In this document: piece by piece, positions 12,958 to 26,190 of the stretch
Numbering within the stretch: position 1 is the first letter of the stretch
How the letters are laid out: every line of letters starts with the position of its first letter
NCBI GenBank assembly: GCA_002269645.1
Contig: NIVC01000625.1
Coordinates: forward strand, 308,879 to 372,878
From: Macrostomum lignano
Taxonomy: Eukaryota
Length of the DNA stretch: 64,000 nucleotides
Direction: 5' to 3'
Notes under the pieces: generated by a model
Databases searched by the model: none
Seen by the model: only the letters and a program-made list of their open reading frames with translations
Told to the model about the DNA's origin: nothing
Made by a program: the position numbers and the translations under genes

Positions 12958-13380
12958 GCTTGTGAACCTCAGTGTTGAACTTTGAACCTCAGGGTCGAAA
13001 TTGTGGATCTCAGGGTCGAACTTGTGAATCTCAGGGTCGAACTTGTGAACCCCAGGGTTGAACTTGTGAATCTCAGGGTCGGACTTGTGAACCTCAGGGT
13101 CGAACTTGTGAACCTCAGGGTCGAATTTGTGAGCCTCAGGGTCGAACTTGTGAATCTCAGGGTCGAACTTGTGAACCTCAGGGTCGAACTTGTGAACCTC
13201 AGGGTCGAACTTGTGAATCTCAGGGTCGAACTTGTGAATCACAGGGTCGAAATTGTGGATTTCAGGGTCGAACTTGTGAATCTCAGAGTCGAATTTGTGA
13301 GCCTCAGGGTCGAACTTGTGAATCTCAGGGTTGAACTTGTGAACCTCAGGGTTGAACTTGTGAACCTCAGGGTCGAACCT
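12958..13380. repeat. 21-bp minisatellite
   Basis: CTCAGGGTCGAACTTGTGAAT/C. Confidence 0.92.
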
Positions 13381-14309
13381 GCACAAGAATTTCCGGACTG
13401 GTAAAAAAGTTGTGTCCAAATTCTAGAGTGTCCGACCTGAAGTCCAGATTCTGGATCACAGGTGTCCGACATGCCAGTCTCTGTGTCCGGTTTCTAGATC
13501 CCACGGTGTGTCGCTGCAGTCAGACCATCGCAGGTACCAAACTGATGCAGCGGCACCTGTCAGTGATCTATCTGAGCACCTCGAAAATCCCGAGAAATGG
13601 CAGTTTTATAGTTAGCGCAGTCTGTTTTGATGCACGACGATATCTATGAAAATTTACAGATTTTTATCCCTTTATTTTCTCTACAGACTACTGACACGAA
13701 TTTGGACATTAGTGCACTGCGATAATGCGGCCAGCCAAAGTTTTGCAATTTTTCTCATCCCCATCTCTGGCCCCGCAGGACCTCGGGCGGCTCGCGGCCC
13801 GAACCTCAGCGGCTTCGTGAGACTTTAACTTTTTGTCAGTCGAGCGGCGAACTCCAAAATCAGTCGGCTCTCGGCGCGGCAGAGTGAAACCCATCGCTCA
13901 TTGATTTCCGTGACTTTCTCTTTCAGAAGATTTTCTTGTGCAATTGGCACTTTCTTCAAAAATCGTTCGTGATAGCGCAGTTTCTGAGCTTCACTCTTTG
14001 CTAGCAAAGTCTTCCTGACCCCCCCCCCGTTGCCCGCCTCACCCGCCCTCTTCATTCTTTCCCGTCTGTTTCTTGGCCTGGCTGCCGCAACTCTCAGATC
14101 CTCATCTTCAGTTTCTCAGCAAAACAAAACAAAGACCAGAGAGACACGGGCAGGCAGAGCCCGATTTCTAGCTGTTGAAATCGCGGTGACTGTAGGAGTG
14201 CGGTTGCTATTTTGTGCAAGGCAAGCTGACTGCAGCAGCAGCTCCATCACGGTGCAGTTTGCCAGTATGTACAGAGAATCTCGGGGTTCCCGGGTGGGGG
14301 GGGGTCGAG

Positions 14310-14891
14310 TCAGCTGCTGTCCAGAGTCTTCATCGACTGCGACTGACCTCCGGTTGAGGCTGCGGTCGCTGGCGGGTTCTGGAAATCGAACTTCTGACCT
14401 CCGCCGGCCACAAACGTTGCTGAATCCTCGTCAGCAGCCTCCAGCTGCGGCGGCTCCGGCGGCTGCTGCGTCTGCCCGAAGGAAGCTCCCGGACAGCGGG
14501 GTGACAACTCCTCGTCCACCTCTTGGATTTCCTGGAAGGTGACCGGCTGGGTCTTGTAGCGCTCCTGCCGCGCCCGCCGGGCCGCCTTGCCGCGCTGTGG
14601 CCGCTGCAGCGGCACCGCCACCTCGTTGACGCCGGCAGCCGCGGCGGCCGCCACCGCTGCCGCAGCGCCAGGGGCGGCCGGTCTCGGATTGAAGTAGAGC
14701 GGGTCCGCCACCACCGACCGCTTCGAAGCCGCGGCGGCGGCGACGGCTGCAGCAACCGCAGCCGACGTTGCCTCCGAAGCGGCGTCAAGTTGATGGCGTC
14801 GGCGAACCGGATTCGGGCTGCGGAAGACGGGCGGCGGCACTCGCGGCGGGAAAATGTCGTCGCAGCCGCCCGCTGCCCCCGGCGCGTCCAT
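14310..14891 (-). CDS. Uncharacterised 193-aa Ala/Pro-rich protein with an RYKTQPVTFQEIQEVDEE motif
   Basis: ORF from ATG at 14891 with GC-rich coding-like codons and a protein-like motif. A TATA-like TTTAAATA lies about 110 nt upstream on the minus strand. Confidence 0.55.
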   Translation of the reverse strand: MDAPGAAGGCDDIFPPRVPPPVFRSPNPVRRRHQLDAASEATSAAVAAAVAAAAASKRSVVADPLYFNPRPAAPGAAAAVAAAAAAGVNEVAVPLQRPQRGKAARRARQERYKTQPVTFQEIQEVDEELSPRCPGASFGQTQQPPEPPQLEAADEDSATFVAGGGQKFDFQNPPATAASTGGQSQSMKTLDSS

Positions 14892-17800
14892 GGCTGACTG
14901 GCCTCCTGCTTGACTGGAGTGTCGCGTTCGTCCGCTTGGCCGGGCCGGTGCGCGCAGGAGGGGTTCCGGCCGGGAGCGGGGGCGGAGGCGGCGCTTATTT
15001 AAAAAGGCGAAAGGAGGCGCAGGGGGATTGGCTTCGTTCAATCCTCAGCCTCTTCGCTTCTCTGAAGGGTTGGAGTTGGGGATGGCGCCTACTTTGATGG
15101 GGCAGAGAGGCTGGAAGGTGCAATCGTCGCTCGCCGGCAGGGGCGGGTGGGGGCAAACAGAGGAGGGAAAGCAGAGGCAGCGCTGGCGCCTCCTCCCTTA
15201 ACTCGCAGCGATCGGCAGCCCCCGCGGGCCGTCAGGGCGCATACATAATCTTCTTCAGCCTGCTTCATCTTCTTCCTTTCTTGCGCATCCGCCCACTCCC
15301 AGAAATCCGAACTTTTTTTTCGCCACAGCCTCCTCGCCATCGCCTGTTTTGCCCCGGCTCCCCGTCAGTCCGTCCCCGCCCTGTTTCCCCGGGCTTTGAC
15401 TCACGGGCTCCCGGCGCGTGTTGCGCCTGCGGATTGAGGCGCATCCCGCCGCTGCGATCAGCCCGCCCAGAGCTGCACCCGAAGGCCTGCCTTCCCAAGT
15501 CCCGTCTTCCCATTCTCGGCCTTCCTGCCCGCGCCCCTGTCGCGCCCTCCGCTGCTTCGGCTGGCAACCAGCAGCGACTCCATATTGGAGCGCTCAGCCC
15601 CGGGGCGGCGCGCGGATGCGGGAAGCAAATCCAGAATTTGTGTAGACAGGAAGACACAGCCGGAAAGTCCGCGACCCCCCATGTGGGAAACACAGATCCC
15701 AGCATTGCTGGCCCCGGTTTCTTCATTTTTCCTACTAAAAGCAATCAGCCCGCGCCAGAGTTCTCTTCCCCCATCTGCTTCTCCCCTCTCGCTTTCTGGG
15801 GCGCCGTCAACTTTGCTAGGCCTGGTGCGTGCAGGACCGAACGAAGCCTGCATTGCTACATTGATGCAGTCGAGCGATCCGCCCAGTTGAACCCGCTTCC
15901 CCATCCCCTGAAGCGGCAAATGCGGATCCCCCATATGGTGCTCCCGCTCCCCAGGCTGCCGCTCATCACTTGGTCTCGCATCTCCATCCGCTCCATCATG
16001 TCTGTTTTCTTACTTTCTGCCCAGACTTTTTTACTTTTCCACCACACTTACATGCGGGCATGGCGGGGTCCAGTATTGGCTGCGGCGAACATCTTAGCGT
16101 GATTCTATGCAGTGCATGCCCTCCTCTCTGTTCTCTCCTATCCCTGTAAGCAGGTCCAGCTTGTTCCTAAGTTGTGCTGGAGGTTATGCTGCTTTGAACC
16201 AGAGTCGACCCCCCGCATGGTTTTCTTGTTTTTGCACAGCTGACGCTGCTATTCAATTTTAGTCGTTTAAACCAAATCAGCTGGTTTTTTGTTTACACGC
16301 ATCGAATGAATGACTTTGCATGTACGATTAACACGAATAATTTTATGCCGTGCCAGTAATAACGATTATATTTCGTTCCTGCCTCATAAACAATTATTAA
16401 TGTTTTATAGCAACTGCTGTCGTTATTTTGCCTAGAAGGCGGCGATGATATATTTGCTTTGGCATTCTGTATTGTCGATCCACTTAAAATAAATGCAGTG
16501 AAAAATATGTGACTTTCAGATCAATTTTTTCTGGACTTTGTTTTCGTCCTGACTCTTGATCCTTCAATAAATGAGGAAATTGGATCAAGTTTCAAATGTA
16601 AATGTACATGTAGACCTCCACTGTCAAAGTTTCGATTGAGTGTGGTCTTCAGCTAGTTTAGCTTCAGGGACAAACGAGCGTGCGTTACAGTGCTGTAATC
16701 CTTTTTGGTGCATTATTCTCCTAAATGAGTTTATGACCTTTGGCATAGAAACGATTGAACTTTTTTAAATAAGCTCATGTTCAACAATCATTATTTCATG
16801 CTCGTGTAAAAAGGAATTGCATGGCTTAAAATCACGAAATTTGTTTTTTTGCAACCAGGAAGAACGAAGAATGTTCGAGCTAATTGATTTTAGCTTCTCC
16901 GCTCTAAATGTCTACGCGGCTTGCCTCGCTAACTTGTAGATTTAAATCGAGCACGATTTTGAAACGCAGCCATTTAAAACAAACAAAAAACGAAATAATT
17001 TTTAATTACCTATTTTTAAACATAGAGTTGATACAGTCAAAGATAGAAACTATTTAAAAATTTTTTTTTTTTATATGCGAACAATTGTTCTTTTATTGCT
17101 ATTGACACTGAAATATTCAACTACTGCTCCCAAGAACGAATAAAAATTTCTGTTTAAAAAGCGATTTGGCTTTACATTATCGCTTTTGTTTCTAGAACCT
17201 AAGCTATCCGATAAAGTGTTCCCTATAGGAACTTAGTAGAGACAAATAGGCCTAGTTAATAGGTTTTTAAGAATCTGAAGCTTCTAACTGGGTACAGCTA
17301 TTGTAATTTTTAATTTCCTAGTGCGTCGCGGTTATTAGATATTGGACGAGCAAGATGCATGATAACTGATAACTTATGAAACGTTATCCTCATTACAATC
17401 AAATAAATTTGGTCCAAAGTCATTCTTATTGTGCTTTTTACTGCTGTAGTTCGAAATTATTTTTTAAAACATCAATTTGCAAAATAGCAAAAATAACATT
17501 TATTTTTATTGCTGTCATTCTTTAATGAAAAAGCTCAATAAGCTGCACATATTTTTCTTATTACTTCGTATTTTTTCACCTTTCTAACGTAAATCTAGTC
17601 TGATTCAGTACTTAATTCCAAATAAAAAATATGAAACAATATTTCAAGATTGAACTTCATTTTTTTAGTCTCTTATTTAATATATAGGAGATTTTATCAT
17701 TACAAATTAAAATTATCAGTATTCTTGTGAGTAAAAATAAAAAAAACATTTAAATGCTTTTATAACTCAGTAGTATATTTAGACGAATATTTCTATTATT

Positions 17801-17912
17801 TCTCCTTGTAATGCAGACAAAAATTCTCTGAACTACGGTACTTGTGCTTGCTTATCATACATAATATTTTTTGCTCTGCTATGCTAAATCTTTATTCTAT
17901 TGCATGTGCTAA

Positions 17913-20900
17913 ATGGATACGAAAATCGCTAGCAATGGCCAGAAAAGCTATAAACAAGAAAACGAGTCCTCAATTGAAACCGAGGATTCGGACCTGTCGC
18001 CGCTAGTCGAGGAATATCCTGCGGTCAGCGTCGAGTGGGGCGACGCGGATGTTGAGAAAATCGAAGGTAATTCAGCATTGTTCAATACTGTTGCATACGG
18101 TTTGCAAACATCGCAAATATGATTTGGTTTTAAAAATGCTATAGAAAACCCACCGGAGGCGCTCTACCCGGCCATTGGGGACGCTCTTCGGTCCGGCCTG
18201 TCTGGCGAGTCATTGTGTCGCAGTTTCTGCGGCGGGAGGAACTGCAAATACTGCTGCCCGGAGGGGCGCTTCCACAGGGACTGCTTCGCCATACAGGGCC
18301 TGTACTCGCACTGGTGAGCAGCAGGCAGCTAAGCAGAAGGCGGTTCCTAGATGCCTTCGCCATGTATTGATTTAAATTTCCTATGATGAAAATAACACAG
18401 CAGCAATTGCCGCCCCTCTTACTCTTATTGACAGGGTTACCCCAGAAATTCTGGCTATGAGCCGGCCAAGCGATGAAGCAATAAAACAGTTTGACATCAT
18501 TAAACAACTCACTGAGTAAGACTTTTTGAGCAACAGGTGGCTAAATTCATAGCAACCGGAAGCTAGATTCAAAACAACCGGAAGCTAGATTCAAAACAAC
18601 CGGAAGCTAGATTCATAACAACCGGAAGCTAGATTCATAGCAACCGGGAGCAACAGTAGATTCATAGCAACCGAAAGCTAGATTCATAGCAACCGAAAGC
18701 TAGATTCATAGCAACCGCAAGCTAGATTCATAACAACCGCAAGCTAGATTCATAGCAACCGGAAGCTAGATTCATAACAACCGGAAGCTAGATTCATAAC
18801 AACCGGAAGCTAGATTCATAACAACCGCAAGCTAGATTCATAGCAACCGGAAGCTAGATTCATAACAACCGGAAACTAGATTCATAACAACCGGAAGCAA
18901 CAGTAGATACATAGCAACCGGAAGCTAGATTCATAGCAACCGGAAGCAGCAGTAGATTCATGGCAACCGGAAGCTAGATTCAAAGCAACCGGAAGCTAGA
19001 TTCATAACAACCGCAAGCTAGATTCATAGCAACCGGAAGCTAGATTCATAGCAACCGGAAGCTAGATTCATAGCAACCGGAAGCTAGATTCATAGCAACA
19101 GGAAGCTAGATTCAAAACAACCGCAAGCTAGATTCATAGCAACCGCAAGCTAGATTCATAACAACCGGAAGCTAGATTCATAACAACCGGAAGCTAGATT
19201 CATAACAACCGGAAGCTAGATTCATAACAACCGGAAGCTAGATTCATAACAACCGCAAGCTAGATTCATAGCAACCGGAAGCTAGATTCATAACAACCGG
19301 AAACTAGATTCATAACAACCGGAAGCAACAGTAGATACATAGCAACCGGAAGCTAGATTCATAGCAACCGGAAGCAGCAGTAGATTCATGGCAACCGGAA
19401 GCTAGATTCAAAGCAACCGGAAGCTAGATTCATAACAACCGCAAGCTAGATTCATAGCAACCGGAAGCTAGATTCATAGCAACCGGAAGCTAGATTCATA
19501 GCAACCGGAAGCTAGATTCATAGCAACTGGAAGCAACAGTAGATTCATAGCAACCGCAAGCTAGATTCATAGCAACCGCAAGCTAGATTCATAGCAACCG
19601 GAAGCAACAGTATATTCATAGCAACCGGAAGCTAGATTCATAGCAACCGGAAGCTAGATTCATAGCAACATGAAGCTAGATTCATAGCAACAGGAAGCTA
19701 GATTCATAGCAACCGAAAGCTAGATATAGGAACCGGAAGCTAGATTCATAGCAACCGGAAGCTAGATTCATAGCAACTGGAAGCAGCAGTAGATTCATGG
19801 CAACCGGAAGCTAGACTCATAGCAACCGGAAGCAGCAGTAGATTCATAGCAACCGGAAGCTAGACTCATAGCAACCGGAAGCAGCAGTAGATTCATAGCA
19901 ACCGGAAGCAGCAGTAGATTCATAGCAACCGGAAGCAGCAGTAGATTCATAGCAACCGGAAGCAGCAGTAGATTCATAGCAACCGGAAGCAGCAGTAGAT
20001 TCATAGCAACCGGAAGCAGCAGTAGATTCATAGCAACCGGAAGCAGCAGTAGATTCATAGCAACCGGAAGCTAGATTCATAGCAACCGGAAGCTAGATTC
20101 ATAGCAACCGGAAGCTAGATTCATAAGCAACCGGAAGCTAGATTCCTAGCAACCGGAAGCAGCAGTAGATTCATAGCAACCGGAAGGCCATCGCCACACC
20201 GCTCCCAGGCACAGCGTCAAGTCGGTGTTCTGTGTGCAGGAGCCGCACGAGCACGCGCACTGCGGCCGCGGCCTGCTGGGCCCCTATTCCTACGACCAGA
20301 CCGAGCTGATGCGCCACGGCATCAGCGTGTACAACCTGTACTGGGCCGATTACACCTGCCCGAGCTTCTACCGGATGCTGGATCTTGTCCGGGTGATGCA
20401 GTTCGCCCTAACCGAGGGCCGCATCGCCGTGCACTGCCACGCCGGGCTGGGCCGCACCGGCCTCGCCATCGCCTGCCTGCTGGTGTTCAGCCGCCGGCTC
20501 AGCCCCGCCCTGGCCATCGCCTACCTGCGGCTGAAGCGGCCCGGCTCGGTGCAGTCGCATGCTCAGGTGAGCAGCTGGTGGGACGTGGGGGGCAACTGTG
20601 TTGGCCAGAGTGCTGAAGACAACTGGGTGACACCCGAGTGACAACTGTGTGACACCCGAGTGACAACTGTGTGACACCCGAGTGACAACTGTGTGACACC
20701 CGAATGACAACAGTGTGACACCCGAGTGACAACTGTGTGACACCCGAGTGACAACTGTGTGACACCCGAGTGACAACTGTGTGACACCCGAGTGACAACT
20801 GTGTGACACCCGAGTGACAACTGTGTGACACCCGAGTGACAACTGTGTGACACCCGAGTGACAACTGTGTGACACCCGAGTGACAACTGTGTGACACCCG

Positions 20901-23713
20901 AGTGACAACTGTGTGACACCCGAGTGACAACTGTGTGACACCCGAGTGACAACTGAGCATAAAATCCGGCAGCCATTGAATGCCCGCCCCGCCACTCGTC
21001 GGCAACCCCAGGTGGCCGGTGTCCGGGAATTCTCCAAGCGCATTCGCATCCTGCTGGTGCAGTGGCCGGACCGAGGCCTGGCGGCCTGCGGGCACCGGTT
21101 CTCCTACGAGGAGCATCTCCACAGGCAGCGGGCGCTACTGCACGGCGTCGCGGCCAGGAAGCTGCGCCGGCTGTCGCTGCTGGTGCACACAGTCTGCACC
21201 CGGCTGCTGCAGCTGTCGCTGGGCGCGGACAGGTTCGCCTTGGTTAAAGAATCGGGCTGCGGGGCGCGGACAGGTTCGCTTTGGTTAAAGAATCGGGCTG
21301 CGGGGCGCGGGCAGGTTCGCCTTGGTTAAAGAATCGGGCTGCGGGGCGCGGACAGGTTCGCTTTGGTTAAAGAATCGGGCTGCGGGGCGCGGACAGGTTC
21401 GCTTTGGTTAAAGAATCGGGCTGCGGGGCGCGGGCACCCTGGCGCATCGCCTTCGCCGAAATTTCAGCGGCAATTCAGCCCGTTCCGCTGGCTGCTGAGC
21501 ACATTGAAGCGCGCCAATACTGAGCACAGGCACCACTCACACACGCTCACCCAGGGTGCACAAGCAGGCCTTTCACTTTCTAAACGTCAGGGCCAAGGCC
21601 TACTCAAGTAGAAGGACGGGAAACCGTTTCTAAATGTTTGTGAAGATTCTGAACGAAAAGCCTTTTAAATATCAATAGAGCTAAAAGAAAGGCACAGCAT
21701 ATGAAAAGGTGAACATTGGGTCTGCCTCCTATCGAATGCAATAACAATTTTTGTTCTGAAAAACTGAAAACTTCCTATCTCCGCAGTGTATTTTTCAGGC
21801 AGAATCCAGCCTCATAAACATATTCCAAGAAACGAGGTTTCTCGTCCTACTTGAGTAGCCCTTGCGTCAGACATGTGCACACTCTGTGCCTTGGGAATCG
21901 GCCCTCACGAGGTGTGAATCTCAGGACAACCCGCACGCCAACTTCCGTGCGCACAAGCCTCAAGTGAATGCGGCCGTCTTCTCCCCATGCACTTCAGTGT
22001 TGTGGAAAAAATTTTGAAGGCCTAAAAATTCATTGGCTTAACTGATATTTATCAACAGCTGGTGGACTTTTGAAGGTCATTTGAAGCTTGGTCCGAGGCG
22101 GTTTCACAATTTCTATAACAGATTTTGCATTTGGATGCTCTGGCATCTGCACAGAATTGTCCGCAAATTAAGTACAGCTTGACCGCCCTTCCTGTTGCCA
22201 GGCGGCTCACCCTCGAGGCCGTCCTCGCCGCAACCTCGGAGCTGGCGGCTGCCGCTGCTCCGCCACGGCTTGATGACGAGCTGAAAGTCTGGCGGGACCG
22301 CCTGAACTCGGAGGGCAGCTACCGGCCTGTGCTGCACTGCCAGGACCCCGGCAGGCTGTTCCGCTTCCTGCTCTGCTGGCTGTGGGAACTCAAGGCCGCT
22401 GCCGTCACCAGGCAGGTGAGCACTGACCCACTGACCCACCACTGCTCTGGCCCACCACTGCTCTGACCCACCATTGCTCTGACCAACTGACCCATTGACC
22501 CATTGACCCATATTGATCCTCTGACCAAACTGACCCACTGACCCATTGACCCATATTGATCCTCTGACCAAACTGACCCACTGACCCATTGACCATTGAC
22601 CCATATTGATCCTCTGACCAAACTGACCCACTGACCCATTGACCCATATTGATCCTCTGACCAAACTGACCCACTGACCCATTGACCATTGACCCATATT
22701 GATCCTCTGACAAAACTGACCCACTGACCCATTGACCATTGACCCATATTGATCCTTTGTCCAAACTGACCCATTGACCCATTAACCTTCTAACCCATTG
22801 ACCCTCTGACTCACTAGCACACTGTGACTAATTGACCCATTGACCCATAATGACCCTCTGACACACTGACCCATTAAACCTCTGAAACACTGCCACACTG
22901 ACCCACTGACACACTGACCGACTGCCCCACTGACCCACTGACTCACTGATCAACTGACCTACTGACGTACTGATACATTGACCCAGTGATCCACTGACCC
23001 ACTGCCCCAATGACCCACTGACTCACTGCCCCAATGACCCACTGCCCCAATGACCCACTGACCCACTGCCCCAATGACCCACTGCCCCAATGACCCACTG
23101 ACCCACTGCCCCAATGACCCACTGACCCACTGCCCCAATGACCCACTGCCCCAATGACCCACTGACCCACTGCCCCAATGACCCACTGACCCACTGCCCC
23201 AATGACCCACTGCCCCACTGACTCCCCGGTGGCCACCCGCAGCACATCTCGATCCTGCTGGCCTCCCCGACCATCACGGCCGGCCTGGGCGGCCTGAGCA
23301 GCCTCACTGCCACGCTGCTCCGCTACTGCGCGGTTTTCCTTCTGCGCTTCGGCGCTGGCGGCCAGCACGCCATGGACGACCTGGAGGAGGCCGTCATGCT
23401 GCGCCTGTTGTCCGGCCTCACGCAGACCGGCCTGGCCGCCTGGGACACCGCGAATGGCCGCGGCTACCCGGCATTCGCCAAGTACTTCGCCAGCTTCTTG
23501 GACTTCACCGAGTGCCTGGTGGAGCGGCCGGGCGTCGGGCCGTTCCGGGCCTGGGCGGCGCCGCTCGGGCGGCTGTGCGGCGAGCCGCGCGAGGCCGAGG
23601 AGGAGGAGCTGCGGGCTGAGGAGGCGCGCGAGATCGCCGAGAAGGAGCTGCCCTATGGGGAGGCGATGGCGCTGGACGGGGATGCGGAAGAGAGGCTGGG
23701 AGCTGAGGAGTAG
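17913..23713 (+). CDS. PTPDC1: Protein tyrosine phosphatase domain-containing protein 1 (dual-specificity phosphatase), 7 exons, about 555 aa
   Basis: Exons 17913-18066, 18145-18313, 18435-18515, 20209-20566, 21012-21232, 22202-22415, 23243-23713 with consistent phases. CGGRNCKY, IQGLYSHWVTPEILAMSRP, catalytic HCHAGLGRTG, KRPGSVQ, RQRALLHG and WRDRLNS all match recalled PTPDC1 motifs. Confidence 0.9.
18549..20186. repeat. 22/27-bp minisatellite, PTPDC1 intron 3
   Basis: AGCAACCGGAAGCTAGATTCAT and AGCAACCGGAAGCAGCAGTAGATTCAT. Confidence 0.95.
20620..20956. repeat. 22-bp minisatellite, PTPDC1 intron 4
   Basis: GTGACAACTGTGTGACACCCGA. Confidence 0.95.
21221..21435. repeat. About 40-bp tandem repeat, PTPDC1 exon 5/intron 5
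   Basis: GGGCGCGGACAGGTTCGC(C/T)TTGGTTAAAGAATCGGGCTGCG, about 5 copies. Confidence 0.9.
21594..21864. mobile_element. Putative MITE in PTPDC1 intron 5
   Basis: Imperfect TIRs of about 28 bp (CAAGGCCTACTCAAGTAGAAGGACGGGAAACC versus the reverse complement of GGTTTCTCGTCCTACTTGAGTAGCCCTTG). The flanks share CGTCAG (partial TSD). Confidence 0.6.
22423..23222. repeat. ACTGACCC/ATTGACCC-based compound repeat, PTPDC1 intron 6
   Basis: Directly readable 8-mer-derived arrays with higher-order units. Confidence 0.9.
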
Positions 23714-23744
23714 AGCCTTCGATTGGTGTGTTTGGCATGAACTT

Positions 23745-24100
23745 GAGTGGATTGACGTGGATTAATTTGGTTGATGTGGGTTATTGTGGGTTGGTTTAGG
23801 ATTGGTGTGGATTGGTGTGTGCTGGTGTGGATTGGTGTGTGCTGATGTGGATTGGTGTGTGCTGATGTGGATTGGTGTGTGTTGATGTGGATTGGTGTGT
23901 GCTGATGTGGATTGGTGTGGGTTGATGTGGATTGGTGTGTGTTGATGTGGATTGGTGTGTGCTGATGTGGATTGGTGTGTGCTGATGTGGGTTGATGTGG
24001 ATTGGTGTGGACTGGTGTAGATTCGTGTGGACTGGTGTGCACTGCTGTGGATTGGTGTGGATTGGTGTGGACTGGTGTAGATTCGTGTGGACTGGTGTGG
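23745..24100. repeat. GTGTGGATTG-type 10/20-bp repeat
   Basis: GATGTGGATTGGTGTGTGCT variants just 3' of PTPDC1. Confidence 0.88.
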
Positions 24101-25034
24101 ATCCCGATAGACTCAGCTGAGCAATAGGGAGAGGAGACACTGCAAATGGATTTGCAAACTGAGCTGCACTTCTGTCCACAGCTGCTGGTGCCAATAATTT
24201 GCATTCAACCTTGACTCCTGCTTGTGTATCCAACTTGCAGCTTTTTATTTACAATTTTGTTTTACTGCGCAAAGCTTTAACCAGTGCACCATGGATTAAC
24301 CTAAATCCCTGTAGACGTAATCTTCTATATAGAAGCTTACAGCTGCTCAACAATAAAAATTCTGTCTTCCCACGACTTCAAGCAGAAAGAGGTGCCAATG
24401 TGTATTTCCTGCTGGTTTTAAGAGAAAAAAATCAAGCATGGACAGTTGTCTTCATCAGACATTTTGCTTTGTTTATTTACTATAATATATTTGTTAAAAG
24501 TCCTCCATATACTAAAAATGGTCTGTTGGTATGTGTGTGATCGATTTTAGCAAAAACGGCTCAACCGATTTTCTTCGAATTTGCACCATTCGATCAGAAA
24601 TTTTTCCGTGACGGTACATGCATCGTTGCTAAGAAATTGCTCGATGCTAAAGGGATTAAATATTCGAAAAACATGCTTTTTTGCAAAGGTCAAGCAGCTA
24701 TTTCGACTTGAAACGCACTGTAAAAATGCTAGAGAAAAAACTGACTGGTTGAATTCTGATTCTGAAATAGATTGCATCACAATACACTTTATTTATCGTC
24801 TGTGTACTGGCTGAATTTGACACTCAATTGAATTGCGTCACAGCTTTGAGTGTGAAAGTATAGTGCAGTACTGAATTTATATTACGTAACCATATTGTTA
24901 GCTTTCATAGACACTGGTACTGACTTGCCTAAGAAATTGATGATGTCATAACTGCTTCGCGTGACTTTTTACTCTACCTGACTTGGTGTGAGTGTTGAAT
25001 TATATAAGTGGTACAAATTCACTGATAACTTCGA

Positions 25035-25095
25035 TGAGAGCTAGCCTAGAGCTGAGCAGACCAGACTGCTAATGCAGCGACCTGGGTTCGAATCT
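25035..25095 (+). mobile_element. tRNA-derived (SINE-head-like) degenerate sequence, copy 1
   Basis: A-box-like TAGCCTAGAGCTG, anticodon-loop-like CTGCTAA and B box GGTTCGAATC. The stems are degenerate, so this is not a functional tRNA. Confidence 0.5.
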
Positions 25096-25169
25096 AAGTA
25101 GTTTAAAAGTAGTAGTGTAAATTTTTTATTAAAAGCTTTTATTAAAGGACTAAATAAAAACACTTAGAT

Positions 25170-26190
25170 TACTGCACTCGATAAGCTAAGGATTATTGCT
25201 ATTAATAAACCAAGGATTACTGCACTCAATAAACCAAGGACTATTGCTCTTGGCAAACCAAGGATTACTGCACTTGATTAATCAAGGATTATTGCTATTA
25301 ATAAACCAAGGATTACTGCACTCGATAAGCCAAGGATTATTGCTATTAATAAACCAAGGATTACTGCACTCAATAAACCAAGGACTATTGCTCTTGGCAA
25401 ACCAAGGATTACTGCACTTGATTAATCAAGGATTATTGCTATTAATAAACCAAGGATTACTGCACTCGATAAGCCAAGGATTATTGCTATTAATAAACCA
25501 AGGATTACTGCACTCAATAAACCAAGGACTATTGCTATTAATAAACCAAGGACTATTGCTCTTGGCAAACCAAGGATTACTGCACTCGATAAGCCAAGGA
25601 CTATTGCTCTTGGCAAACCAAGGATTACTGCACTCGATAAGCCATGGATTATTGCTATTAATAAACCAAGGATTACTGCACTCGATAAGCCATGGATTAT
25701 TGCTATTAATAAACCAAGGATTACTGCACTCGATAAGCCAAGGATTATTGCTATTAATAAACCAAGGATTATGCACTTGGCAAACCAAGGATTACTGCAC
25801 TCGATAAGCCAAGGATTATTGCTATTAATAAACCAAGGATTACTGCACTCAATAAACCAAGGACTATTGCTCTTGGCAAACCAAGGATTACTGCACTTGA
25901 TTAATCAAGGATTATTGCTATTAATAAACCAAGGATTACTGCACTCGATAAGCCATGGATTATTGCTATTAATAAACCAAGGATTACTGCACTCGATAAG
26001 CCAAGGATTATTGCTATTAATAAACCAAGGATTACTGCACTCATAAGCCATGGATTATTGCTATTAATAAACCAAGGATTACTTACTGCACTTGGCAAAC
26101 CAAGAATTACTGCACTCGATAAGCCATGGATTATTGCTATTAATAAACCAAGGATTACTGCACTCGATAGCCAAGGATTACTGCGCTTGA
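25170..26190. repeat. 24-bp minisatellite
   Basis: CCAAGGATTACTGCACTCGATAAG / CCAAGGATTATTGCTATTAATAAA. Confidence 0.93.

Noticed and set aside
12736-13419. Repeat-peptide ORFs (KFDPEVH, VTRVSHSCH, LLINQGLL, ESSQTGEFT, VCLS, GFRLEMQ, LGNRDWC, MESLNGIPQ and similar)
   Set aside because: They are translations of minisatellites that lack stops in some frames, and several lie inside introns of well-supported genes.
18549-20186. Regular short repeats resembling CRISPR arrays (also 26592-27860 and 40800-42490)
   Set aside because: The units are head-to-tail with no unique spacers, there are no cas genes, and the context is eukaryotic introns or intergenic DNA.
24515-24720. AAACGGCTCAACCGATTTTC motif reminiscent of invertebrate Helitron/DINE-like elements
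   Set aside because: Only a short recalled motif; no termini or hairpin could be delimited.
25035-25105. Functional tRNA-Ser(GCT) gene
   Set aside because: The acceptor stem does not pair, the anticodon stem is mostly mismatched and there is no long variable arm. It is kept only as a tRNA-derived relic.
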